A DNA stretch of 64,000 nucleotides, taken from contig OX597816.1 in the NCBI GenBank assembly GCA_951406725.2, positions 154,380,001 through 154,444,000 of the forward strand. Reading direction: 5' to 3'. The notes under the pieces are model-generated. The model saw only the letters and a list, made by a program, of their open reading frames with translations, had not been told where the DNA came from and did no database searches. This DNA is from Octopus vulgaris (lineage: Eukaryota). Below are positions 39,097 through 51,722 of the stretch, in pieces (position 1 is the stretch's first letter; each line of letters starts with the position of its first letter). Position numbers and translations under genes: made by a program.

Positions 39097-40641
39097 GGAT
39101 TAGAATCGAAGGGCCTTAGAATCAACCTAGCTAAAACCAAAGTCCTAATAAGTAGGAATACAGGCAAACCACAAATCCCTTCAGGTAGATGACCCTGCTC
39201 GATCTGTAGTAGAGGTGTAGGTAGAAACTCTATAAGATGTACCCAGTGTAAGCTATGGACACATAAGAGGTGCAGTAATATCAAAGGAAGGCTAACTGGG
39301 AAGATAGTTTTTGTATGTAGGCAGATGCTCGGGAGCGATAAACACTGAAAATGCGCAGAGACCAACTTCCGCCACATTCCAGGGAGAAAAACTAGAAGTA
39401 GTTGATAGCTTCCATTATCTAGGTGACCAAATCAGTAGCGGAGGAGGGTGCACTGAAAGTGTAGCTGCTAGAATAAGAATAGCTTGGGCAAAGTTCAGAG
39501 AGCTCTGCTTGTGACAAAGGGCCTCTTGCTCAGAGTAAAAGGTAGACTGTATGATGCATGTGTATGAACAGCCATGCTGAGGATATGCATAAGCTCGCAA
39601 GAAATGAAGCCAGTATGATCCGATGGATGTGTAATGTCAGTGTGCATACTCAACAGAGTGTTAGTGCCTTGAGAGAAAGGTTGGACCTAAGAAGCATCAG
39701 ATGTGGTGTGCAAGAGAGATGACTGCACTGAGAAAAGTTGGACTTAGGAAGCATTAGATGTGGTGTGCAAGAGAGACAACTGCGTTGGTATGGTCATGTG
39801 GTGAGAATGGACGAGGATAGTTGTGTGATAAAGTGCCACACCCTAGCCATTGAGGGAACCTGTGGAAGAGGTAGACCCAGGAAGACCTGGGATGAAGTGG
39901 TGAAGCGCGACCTTCGAACATTAGGCCTCACCAAGGAAATGACTAGCGACCGAGACCTTTGGAAATATGCTGTGCTCAAGAAGACCCGGCAAGCCAGATG
40001 AAACCATAACCCATGGCCTATGCCAGGGGTGTAACCAGCCCGCTTATGCGTAGTGTTTCCTTCTTTGGTCACTAAACTTTGCTTGCGAAGACCTGTTGAG
40101 GCAAGTAAAATCAAATCAAAATCAAAATCATTGCGATGACTGGCATCCGTGCTAGCGGGGTGCAAAGAGCACCATACAAGTGTGATCGTAGACAGAGAGG
40201 CCATTCGAGTATGATCGTTACCAGCATTGCCTTACTGGCATTTATACCTGTGCTAGTAGGGTGCCAAGAACACCTTCCGAGCGTGATCGTTGTGATCGTT
40301 GCCAGAGCAGCTAACTGGCTTCCGTACCTGTGACACATAAAAGGGCACCATTCGAGCATGATCGTTACTAATGTTGCTTCACTGGCACCTGTGCTGGTGG
40401 CACGTGTAAAAAGATTTGAGCAAGGTCATTGCCAGTACCGCCTGACTGGCCCCCATGCAGGTGGCACGTAAAAAGCACCCACTACACTCTCGAAGTGGTT
40501 GGCGTTAGGAAGGGTATCCAGCTGTAGAAACTCTGCCCAGATCAAGACTGGAGCCTGGTGCAGCCATCTGGTTGCCAGCCCTCAGTCAAAACCGTCCAAC
40601 CCATGCTAGCATGGAAAATGGACATTAAGTGATGATGATGA
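39097..40641 (+). mobile_element. Longest RTE LINE copy (5'-truncated ORF, 3'UTR, tail)
   Basis: GLESKGLRINLAKTKV...LEVVDSFHYLGDQ...AWAKFREL...LRWYGHVVRM...RGRPRKTW...*, with a short internal duplication at ~39670-39785 and a (GAT)n tail. Confidence 0.92.
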
Positions 40642-40654
40642 TATATATATATTA

Positions 40655-41225
40655 TTTTTATTTTACTTTTATGGGTTTCAGCCAGGCCCTAAGGCCATGT
40701 TGCTGCACTACCTTTACTGCATCTGGGGATTTTTCCAGTTTTGTTTCTGGTGAAGTAGCGAGTTAAACATTGCCGATCTTCTTTGTGCCTCCTTCCGTGA
40801 TGTGGGTTCATCAGGTATTGCAGATAAAAAACTGTCTAGACGTCTTTTGAAGACTTCCATGCAGATCCCTGACGTTCTGTTGTTGGGCATTAAAAAGTTG
40901 TGCTCCCTTGAATCCAAAGCTGTTACAATATTGCATTTGTACCCTTGATGGAGAAGATGGGACCTTTGGTACTGTGCAGTGCCATCCGGTTCGGAGATTG
41001 TTGTAGATTTTGAATCCAAAATTTGGAGCTAAACCCTCCATTATTTTACATATGTATAGCACTGCATATCTCTCATGTCTCCTCCCCAGGGAGTAGAGTT
41101 CCAGTTCCTTCAACCTCTCTCAGTAACCCATGTGTTTTACTGAGTCTATCTTCTTTGTGTAGTGGCATTGAATCGCTTCTAGTTCTGCAATTAGTTTTAC
41201 ACAGTTATTTTATTCCATACGGGTA
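40655..41225 (-). mobile_element. CR1-group LINE 3' end
   Basis: YWERLKELELYSLGRRHERYAVLYICKIMEGLAPN...NSFGFKGAQLFN...FKRRLDSFLSAIPDEP, then an A-rich tail. Confidence 0.85.
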
Positions 41226-42029
41226 GAAATATAGGCAAAATAAAGTTGAAAATGCACTGAAAATATTTTTTATCAATATATTTGAAGCTTTAGCCATTTT
41301 CACAGTTTACACTGATTTTCAAAAAGTTCAAATAGAAAGATATGGCTTATGTCACAGTTGTCTTGCTTCTGACTTGCCTTGTTTTTATAGGGAGTTCCTG
41401 GCTCAAATTAGTAAATGTTTTGAAGAGGATTTGATTGGTAGAGGATAGTTGCATGACTGGTCTAAGAAATTTTTGTAGTTTCCCCACTATGTCTGTGTGT
41501 TAGTATCAAGTGACAATGCTTGGCATCATAAGTTAAAGCTGACACAGTTGACTGAACAAGTCCAAACAATCAATGCTCTGAATGTTTTCTGTCAACTGTT
41601 TGTAGAGAATGAACGCATGATTCAGTTTATAACCTTTTGTATGTTTCCCACTATGTCTGTGCATTAATGTCATGTGACAGTATATTTTGTGCCTAAAAAG
41701 AAAGCTGATATGGTTGAGTGAACTTGTTAACTTATAACCAAGGTGCTCCAAATTTAATCTGTCTGGTGGGAAAGTGGACAGGAGTCATTTGTATGTAGTC
41801 CAATGGCTAAAGTTTAGGTTGTTAGCTGAGCAGCTTTCTCCTGATAAGTGGCAGAATGAATTTTGTGTGTGAATAGTTATTTTTGTATGTAATCTGTTAA
41901 AGTTTGTTAAGTCTTGGTTTGTACTTTTGTATGAAAGTATTTTCTTTGTTTATCCGTACTTCATCTGTGGCATTTGCTGAACATAGGTAGAGTGGAAAGA
42001 CCTGGAATTTGGAAGACTTATTTTTTACT

Positions 42030-42465
42030 CACCTGACTGGTACCCATGCTGGCAACATAGAGGAAAACACCATTCAGCTTTGGCCAATGCCAGTTCTGCC
42101 TGACTGACACCTGTGTTGGTGGCACATAAAAAGCACCATTCGAGTGTGGAAGATGCCAGTACTGCCTGACTGGCACTTATGCTGGTGGCATGTAAAAAGC
42201 ACCATTCAAGCATGGCCAATGCCAGTGCCACTTGAATGGCACCTATTCTGGTAGCACGTAAAATGCACCATTTGAGCATGTTACATAAAAAGGACCCACT
42301 GCACACTCAGAGTGGCTGGCATTAAGAAGGGCATCCAGCTGTAGAAACTTTGCCAAAACAGATTGGAGACTAGTGCAGCATCATGTTTTGCCTGTTCTCA
42401 GTCAAACCGTCCAACCTATGTCAGCATGAAAAGCAGACATTAAACAATGATGATAATGATGATGT
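42030..42465 (+). mobile_element. RTE 3'UTR with regular tandem units
   Basis: Four to five ~68-bp units and a (GAT)n tail. Confidence 0.8.
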
Positions 42466-42539
42466 ATATATCTTTCATGCAGCCTCTTTATTCTGGCTAT
42501 TTCATTGTGTTGAACTGTTAATCCCTACACACTTTTTTT

Positions 42540-43105
<566 letters not shown>

Positions 43106-43111
43106 ACAAAA

Positions 43112-43803
43112 ACATTCCGCCATATTCCAGGGAGAAAAACTAGAAGTTGTTGATAGTTTTTGTTACCTAGGTGACCAAGTCAGTAGTGGAGGAGGGTGTG
43201 CTGAAAGTGTAGCTGCTAGAATAAGAATAGCCTGGGCAAAGTTCAGAGAGCTCTTACCTCAGAGTAAAAGGTAGACTGTATGATGCATGTGTATGAACAG
43301 CCATGCTACATGGCAGTGAAACATGAGCCGTGACTACTGAGGATGTGTGTAAGCTTACAAGGAATGAAGCCATTATGCTTCAATGGATATGTAATGTCAG
43401 TGTGCATACTCGACAGAGTATAAGTACCTTGAGAGAAAAGTTGGACCTAAGAAGCATCAGATGTGGTGTCCATTCTTGCCGCATGACCATACCAGCACAA
43501 TCGTCTCTCTTGCACACATCTGATGCTTCTTAGGTCCAACCTTTCTCTCAAGGCATTAACACTCTGTCGAATATGCACACTGACATTACACATCCATTGA
43601 AGCATAATGGCTTCATTACTTGTGAGCTTACACACATCCTCAGCAGTCACGGCCCATGTTTCATTGCCATGTAGCATGGCTGTTCGTACGCATGCATCAT
43701 ACAGTCTACCTTTTTCTCTGAGCGAGAGGCCCTTTGTCACCAGCAGAAGTAAGAGCTCTCTAAATTTAGCCCAGGCTATTCTTATTCTAGCAGCTACACT
43801 TTC
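43112..43803. mobile_element. Fold-back RTE ORF fragment
   Basis: The same coding segment (AARIRIAWAKFRELL...DLRSIRC) occurs on + at 43112-43470 and on - at 43470-43803. Confidence 0.9.
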
Positions 43804-44579
43804 ATGTGTATATGTATGAGTGTGTGTGTGTGTGTGTGTGTGTGTGCACGCACTTGTGTGTAGACAAAATTGTTGGAGCTTCAGATAAAATCCATTGTCA
43901 TATTTATTCCAGTGCTTTGCTTTCTGATTTCAAGTACCACCAAACTCAACTTTAGTCTTGTTGTGGCAAGAGTATGACACCCTCTCACAAGAATAAAAGG
44001 ACCATTACATATAAAGAGTAGTGCTCTGACGTAGTCGGCAGTTCATAGTTTGGTCTTCAAAGACCAGGTACGGTTTACAGTTCAAGTTAGAGTGTTAGAA
44101 ATATTGACTGTTAGTTGGTAAAAGATTGTTGGTTCATTATGTATTTATTATTGCTGCTTATTCTTTTTTGTATTATTATAACACTGTTACAGTGTATCCT
44201 TTATCTATCATCGACAATATCAAGTGTAGGTGTAAGGATATACCAAATTTTTATCCTTCGGGGTCAATAATTAAAGAACTAGTTTAGAAGATGGTGGACA
44301 GAAATGCTAGGGCTGGATAGCTTGCAGCATTTATAATTTATTTTCTATCTTTTAGTTGTTTCAGTCATCAAACTGTGTCCATGCTGGGGTACTGCAAGGA
44401 AAAATTTATTCAAATAAATTGAACTCAGTATATTTTTCTTTTAACCTTACTACTTATTTTATTGGTTGCTTTTACCAAACTACTAAGTTATGGAGACATA
44501 AACATACTGACACTTGTCAAGGTGGGGGACAAACAGACATAAAGACACACACTCACAAAGATATATATATATTTATACA

Positions 44580-44965
44580 TAAATAAATAAATGGAGTTGA
44601 ACGAAGATGTTATTATAAGTCTTTTACTTTCGACATATGTTTTGAAGACAACATGGTTTTATTCCAAAGGAATAAACGGTGTAAATGCAATCTTCTCATC
44701 AGAAATTTACACTGTTTATTCCTTTGGAATAAAACCATGTTGTCTTTGAAACATATATCGAAAGTAAAAGAATTATAATAACAGCTTTGTTCAACTCCAT
44801 TTATTTATTTACTTATACTACACACATTACTGCACATTAACCCGGAGTTTCTACCTTTGAATAGGTTGCTTCATCCGTATTACTTGCATGAATTTTGCTA
44901 TCCTGGTAACTGTTTATTGAATTTTCCATGTTAACGGTAAACTAAGGATAATTCATTCATCCATT
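44580..44965. mobile_element. Inverted-repeat pLTR-like element with hammerhead core
   Basis: Arms 44580-44686 and 44705-44811. Minus strand: CTGATGA gaagattgcat...atgttgtcttc AAAAC atat GTC; the right arm keeps GAAAC. Confidence 0.75.
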
Positions 44966-45299
44966 TATATATTTATACATATATATTTATGTGTATGTAA
45001 AAGACACTTGTCCCAGTGAGATATGAATGGTTGGTGTTGGGAAGAGCATCCAGCCATTGAAACTGAACCAAATCAAACTGGAACCTGGTACAGCTCTCCA
45101 GCTTACCAGTTCCAGTGAAACCGTCTAACTCATGCCATCATAAAAAGTGGATACTTAATGATGATAATGATGATGATGATACATATGTATGCATGTATGT
45201 ATGTATGTGTGTATGTATGTATGTACGTATGTATGTGTGTGTGTATGTATGTATATGTATGTATGTATGTGTGTATGTATGTATGTATGTATGTATGTA

Positions 45300-46628
45300 T
45301 ATGTCCATGTCTCACATGAGTAAAGGAGCAATGTCAGTACATATGCATGGTACACAGCAATTTTTGTTTGCTTTGTGATGCTATGCTGGGACCAGACACA
45401 AGACTGAAGAAACTGGAAGGAATCAGTTGCTCTCTGCAGCCTGAAAGATATTTCATCATCCCAGGAGCAAGAATGCCTGAGTATGCTGCACATGTAGACA
45501 AACTTGTCTACCACTTTCCTTCAACCAAGATAGCTGGTTCCAAATATGGATTTCCTGGTGCAGGCTGGAACATTACAACAGTCTTATCTAGGCTAATGCT
45601 GAGTCCAAATGCCTTGCAAGAAGCAGAAATATGATTCATTAATATTTTCATGTTATCTGCTGTACGAGTGACTAAGTCACAGTCATCCGCATAAAGGAAG
45701 TCACAAATAAGAAACTGCAAAGTTGGCAGCAAATCAGTGCAGATTAAAGAGGCAGCCAGAAGATCAATATCTAATATATATTCCCAGAGAGCTAACATTA
45801 ACAAAAGCATGAGTAAAAGCAGCAGCAAAGTACAAAGAAAAGAGAGTTGGGGCAAGGATGTCACCTTGCTTGACACCATTCTCTACAAGAATGGGTCCCA
45901 CCACCATCGACCCAAGCCTCCATCCCATCATGAAACGATTTAATTATAAGCACAAAGTGATCCAGACATCCAAGTTTGTCAAGTATTTTCCTTAGCAAGG
46001 CCCTATTCACAGTATCAAATGTCTTCATTAAATCAATGAATACCTGAACAAGATCCATATTCTGCTTGTAGCACTTCTTCTGCATTTGTCTTGCTGTGAA
46101 AATCATATCCCTTAAAACTCCACACAAGTCCTGAGGACAGCTGATATCTTGAGCATTGAGCCGATGGTGTACAAGCACCTGTTACGTTGGACTGGATACC
46201 TAATTAGAATGAAGGATAGCAGGGTCCCTAAGTGGAAGATATATGGGGAACTTGTGAATGGAAAGAGACCATGGCAGAAACCAAGGTTGCGATTTAAGGA
46301 CTGTGATATATAGGAGATTGACTAGGAGAGAAATGCCTGTCATCACCACAGATGATGGAAGCAGGTTAAGGAGTGGGGTCGACACTTTTGAGAGAGCACA
46401 TATTCTGCAAGAAGAACGTAAGTGTGCTGCTCAAAAGTGCACTGCTGGTGTAGTGAAAGGGGAAAGCTTTGTTTGCAATGTTTGCAGTCGGGTATGCTTG
46501 TCAAGAGCATGGTTCATTAGCCATCAACAGAGCTGCAAAAGCAAAATATAAGTTAGTCCTGAGTGCACAATGTTCCTAAAGGTCAGTAATGGTCTTCCTC
46601 AGTCACGAGTGGACGGCCATCATCATCA
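45300..46628. mobile_element. BovB-type RTE LINE with inverted 5' part
   Basis: Minus 46125 to 45300: DMIFTARQMQKKC...FDTVNR...FLYADDCDL...LLYSCETWTY. Plus 46126-46628: KVLRTADILSIE..LRWTGYLIRM...FVCNVCSRVC...ISHQQSC, then a (CAT)n tail. Confidence 0.9.
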
Positions 46629-46682
46629 TGTATGTATATGTGTATATATGTATATATATTTGTGTATACATACATACATACA

Positions 46683-46745
<63 letters not shown>

Positions 46746-46764
46746 GTATATGTATATATATATG

Positions 46765-46823
<59 letters not shown>

Positions 46824-46829
46824 TCACAT

Positions 46830-46995
46830 GACAGGCTTCTTTCATTTTACATCTACTAAATCCCCTCACAAAGTTTCAGTTGGCCTGAGGTTACAGTAGA
46901 AGACACTCACTCAAGGTACCATGCAGTGGGACTGAACCCAGAACCATGTAGTTGGGAAGCAAACTTTTTACCACACAGTCATGCCTGCACCTATT
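46830..46995 (-). mobile_element. 5' half of tRNA-derived SINE
   Basis: Box A-like tgactgtgtgg and box B-like ggttcagtccc on the minus strand. Confidence 0.8.
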
Positions 46996-47250
46996 TGTCC
47001 AGTGCTTTCTTTTCTGGGTTTGAAATTTTCATCATAGCCTAATTAGGGGATATACTTAATCTGTAACCCAGTTTAAAATCACCTCCTGACACCGCCTTCA
47101 GATCTTAGCAGAGTTTACTCTCTTGCAAGTATTTAGGCCAGGTGTTTGGTTAAAGGATATCTTCTTGCTTTTCTCCCTCACTACATTTCTCAGAAGCCAT
47201 GTAATGGGTCATCAGCACTGCCCTTTCCTACTGACTGAAAGTTAAATACG

Positions 47251-47288
<38 letters not shown>

Positions 47289-47822
47289 TGAGTGTGTGTG
47301 TGTGCCTGTGCATGTGTATGTGTGTATGTATGTATGTATGTGTGTCTATGTGTGTGTCCCCTTCCTTTTTGGGACTACAGCACCATCATCATATACAGCA
47401 TGCATAGTGCATTTTCTAGTATTTTATTTATTTATTTATTCATTTGACTGTTTTTGAAGTCTGTTGAACCCATCCCTCTCCAAATCTGAATATAACCAAT
47501 TTCTTCATGAGAGACAGACAAAACAATGTGAGAGATAAAGAGGAGAGAGAGATTAAGAAAGGTAGCTACTTCACTTCTACAGGGAGTGAAAGATTGTGAA
47601 CAATTAGTCTCTATGTAAACCCCAAAAATATAAGGTAAACAACAAAAGTGTCAAGGGGCAGGTGTGGTTAAGTAGTTAAGAAGCTCAGGGCTAAATCCCA
47701 CTATGCCACACCTTTGGCCAAGTGTCTTCTACTATAGCCATGGGCTGACCAATGCCTTGCAAGTGAATTTGGTAAACAAAAACTGTAAAGTAAACCATCA
47801 TGTGTATATGTATGTATGTATG

Positions 47823-47894
<72 letters not shown>

Positions 47895-47895
<1 letters not shown>

Positions 47896-48055
47896 TGTTC
47901 ATTGCTCAAAATGGGGAGTAGATAGACAGACGACAACTGATGAAGGATCATTCTTTGTATTACTTGTCCTTTTTTTCTCTCGTTATTTGCATATTTAACA
48001 CATTTGTTTTCGAATTTCATGTTGCTTACTGTTGGTGACATCCGGTACCCATATA

Positions 48056-48106
<51 letters not shown>

Positions 48107-48320
48107 CCATGTTGATTCGCTAGCTTCTGCACGCATTTTTTTCCTCTCCTTGTTTCTTTTCGTGTTTCTTTTCTGTGTATCTTTCTGTTGAAGAGCGTAG
48201 GCTCGAAATGTAAAAGACTTGTTTTATTTATATTCCTGAGCGCCATACTAATACAATTGTTTGTTTGTATTCCACCTGCCTTCATCTTTTGTTTATTTTC
48301 ATAAAGCTTCCCGTTATATA
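47895..48320 (+). mobile_element. pLTR-like repeats Y (47895-48060) and X (48105-48320); X has a minimal hammerhead-like motif
   Basis: tcttt CTGTTGA a gagc gtag gctc GAAAT GTA aaaga at 48180-48217. Confidence 0.6.
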
Positions 48321-48747
48321 TATATATATATAGATAGATATAAATATATATATACCTATATATATTATCTATAATATTATATATATATATATATAAGTCA
48401 GTAAATGGTGGGGTTGTGTTGACTGCACGTGGAGAAATGATAGGAGAGGAAAAATTATAATAATGCAGAATGCTTAATTGAAAGTAAATTTTAATAAAAA
48501 TGGGTATATGGAAAATTAAAAGAGAAAAAATAATAAATCCAACCTGCTTTCATCGCAAAGCAAATTTTCAAGATTTGGAAAGGGAAAAGAAATTTTTTTT
48601 AAATTGAGGGAGGGGAAAAAAGAAATTTACAATGTTTTTTTCAAAAAAATAATAATACATATATACAAAAATTAATAAATAAATATACCAATACATTGTA
48701 GAGTCTTTATGCTTTTAGAGTTCAATAATAGTCCTTGGAAAAACTTC

Positions 48748-49062
48748 TTGGCACATGAAAAACATTCGAGCGAGGTTGTGGCCAGTGCCACTGGACTGGC
48801 TCCTGTGCAGGTGGCACATAAAAAGCACCATTTGAGCTAGGCCATTGCCAGTATCGCCTGACTGGCCCTCGTGCCGGTGGCACGTAAAAACAACTATTAC
48901 ACTCTCGGAGTGGTTGGCGTTAGGAAGGGCATCCAGCTGTAGAAACTCTGCCAGATCAGATTGGAGTCTGGTGCAGCCATCTGGTTTGCCAGACCTCAGT
49001 CAAATCATCCAACCCATGCTAGCATGGAAGGCAGATGTTAAACGATGATGATGATGATAATG
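48748..49062 (+). mobile_element. RTE 3'UTR with (GAT)n
   Basis: Shared motifs with other copies. Confidence 0.85.
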
Positions 49063-49579
49063 ATATATATATATGTGTGTGTGTGTGTGTGTATCATTAT
49101 CACCATTATCATGTAATGTCTACTTTCCATGTTGGCATGAGTTATATATTCTTTCTTTTATTCTTTTATTCATTTCAGTCATTTGACTGAGGCCATGCTG
49201 GAGCACTGCCTTTACTTGAACAAATTGACCCCAGGACTTATTCTTTGTAAGCCTAGTACTTATTCTATCGATCTATTTTGCGGAACTGCTAAGTTACAGG
49301 GACATAAACATACCAGCATTGGTTGCCAAGCGATTTTGGGGGGACAAAAACAGACACAAACACATACATATACACACACACACACATATATATATATAAT
49401 ATATATATATATAATAGTTATCGCCATACTAATATGGCATTTTTATAAAAATAAGAATAAAGCTGTCCGCTTATTAGCTCCATGAGGCCATCGCCTTAAG
49501 TTAGCTATTTGATACACAAACTGTATCCATATAACCTTCGAACAAGGGAGGTCAGTCGCTCCACACTACTTGACCGGCA

Positions 49580-49621
49580 GCTACAGACGCGTTTCGGGGT
49601 ATTGCCCCCTTTCAATGCAGC
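49580..49621 (-). ncRNA. Hammerhead motif, copy 1 (U3-A8 core, A9G)
   Basis: gctgca TTGAAAG gggg caata cccc GAAAC gc GTC tgtagc. Confidence 0.65.
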
Positions 49622-49941
49622 GTAGCCAGCCAGTAGGTGTCGCTTCCGACAATCTCTGTCCGATGGTTTTATTTACCTAGTTTCGGTGGAATACATCCAC
49701 TTGTTTTCAATAATAGAAATATTAAAATTACTAAGTCTCTCTAAAAGAGAACAGCGGCAGCGTTCCCGGAAAATAATAGTTATCGCCATACTAATATGGC
49801 ATTCTTATAAAAATAAGAATAAAGCTGTCCGCTTATTACCTCCATGAGGCCATCACCTTAAGTTAGCTATTTGATACACAAACTGTATCCATATAACCTC
49901 CGAACAAGGGAGGTCAGTCGCTCCACACTACTTGACCGGCA

Positions 49942-49983
49942 GCTACAGACGCGTTTCGGGGTATTGCCCCTTTTCAATGCAGC
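49942..49983 (-). ncRNA. Hammerhead motif, copy 2 (U3-A8 variant core, otherwise complete)
   Basis: gctgca TTGAAAA gggg caata cccc GAAAC gc GTC tgtagc; stem I extends via tggctggc/gccggtca. Confidence 0.8.
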
Positions 49984-50331
49984 ATAGCCAGCCAGTAGGT
50001 GTCGCTTCCGACAATCTCTGTTCGATGGTTTTATTTACCTAGTTTCGGTGGAATACATCCACTTGTTTTCAATAATAGAAATATTAAAATTACTAAGTCT
50101 CTCTAAAAGAGAACAGCGGCAGCGTTCCCGGAAAATAATAGTTATCGCCATACTAATATGGCATTCTTATAAAAATAAGAATAAAGCTAACTTAAGGCGA
50201 TGGCCTCATGGAGCTAATAAGCGGACAGCTTTATTCTTATTTTTATAAGAATGCCATATTAGTATGGCGATAACTATTATTTTCTGGGAACGCTGCCGCT
50301 GTTCTCTTTTAGAGAGACTTAGTAATTTTAA

Positions 50332-50384
<53 letters not shown>

Positions 50385-50539
50385 GGCTTCTTTCAGTATC
50401 CGTCTACCAAATCCACTCACAAGGCTTTGGTCGGCCTGAAGCTAAAGTAGAATACACTTGCCTACAGTGTCACGCAGTGGGACTGAACCTGGAACCATGT
50501 AGTTGGTAAGCAAGCTAATTACCACTCAGCCACTCCTGC

Positions 50540-50619
<80 letters not shown>

Positions 50620-50833
50620 TATATATACATATATATATATATACATGGGATGATGATGATGATGATAATGGCATTAGGAAGGGCTTCCAGCCATGCCAAA
50701 TCAGGCTGGACTATATATTTGTTCATCACTTGAGACTTATCATTGTTCTTAATTTATATCCTTTGTCTGGAAATCTTTCATCACACACACTGTAGCCTTT
50801 TCAATGGCACTCGATCTCACATAAAATATATCA

Positions 50834-50876
<43 letters not shown>

Positions 50877-51134
50877 TACATACATACACATCACACACAC
50901 ACATATACATGGAAACTTTTAAGTGAGATGAAGTGGGTGTAGGTTGTATTATGGTTAGACTGTTGGAAAATACTGTACACTCTTGTGTTTTTTGCCTCTC
51001 CTATACACTTAACAACTTTGCAGGAAGCTGGTTAAAATAGATAATTTAAATCCCAACACTCATTCATAGTTGCTTGTGATATGTATCTAATTTTATATAC
51101 CCATATATCCATACATATACATATAAGTGTGTGT

Positions 51135-51174
<40 letters not shown>

Positions 51175-51176
<2 letters not shown>

Positions 51177-51722
51177 AAATAAATTCGATGACTGGCATCC
51201 GTGCTAGCGGGGTGCAAAGAGCACCATACAAGTGTGATCGTTGACAGACCGGCTAACCGGCTTCTGTGCCAGTGGCACATAAAAGGGCACCATTCGAGTA
51301 TGATCATTACCAGTGTTGCCTTACTGGCACTTGTGCATGTGCTAGTAGGGGGCCAATCCGAGCGTGATCATTGCCAGAGCAGCCAACTGGCTTCCATACC
51401 CGTGGCACGTCAAAGGGCACCATTCAAGTGTGATCGTTACCAATGTTGCCTCAGTGGCACCTGTGCTGGTGGCACGTGTAAAAAGATTTGAGCGAGGTTA
51501 TTGCCTGTACCGCCCGACTGGCCCCCATGCCGGTGGCACGTAAAAAGCACCCACTACACTCTTGGAGTGGTTGGCTGAGGAAGGGCATCCAGCTGTAGAA
51601 ACTCTGCCAGATCAAGACTGGAGAATGGTGCAGCCATCTGGTTTGCCAGCCCTCAGTTAAAATCGTCCAACCCATGCTAGCATGGAAAGCGGACGTTAAA
51701 CGATGATGATGATGATGATGAT
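51175..51722 (+). mobile_element. RTE 3'UTR with (GAT)n
   Basis: Close match to 40110-40641. Confidence 0.88.

Larger units (their letters stand above)
49411..50340 (-). mobile_element. Non-coding 362-bp tandem element with hammerheads and inverted end (retrozyme-like or Penelope pLTR-derived)
   Basis: Units start at 49411, 49773 and 50135 (partial). Inverted segment at 50185-50340. (AT)n on both sides. Confidence 0.85.
49150..50543 (-). mobile_element. tRNA-derived SINE interrupted by the hammerhead tandem element
   Basis: 5' half at 50380-50543 (box A TGGCTGAGTGG, box B GGTTCAGTCCC) and 3' half at 49150-49360, in collinear orientation. Confidence 0.8.

Noticed and set aside
47930-47960. 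CTGATGAAGG in repeat family Y as a hammerhead
   Set aside because: No downstream GAAA or closing stems found in either copy.
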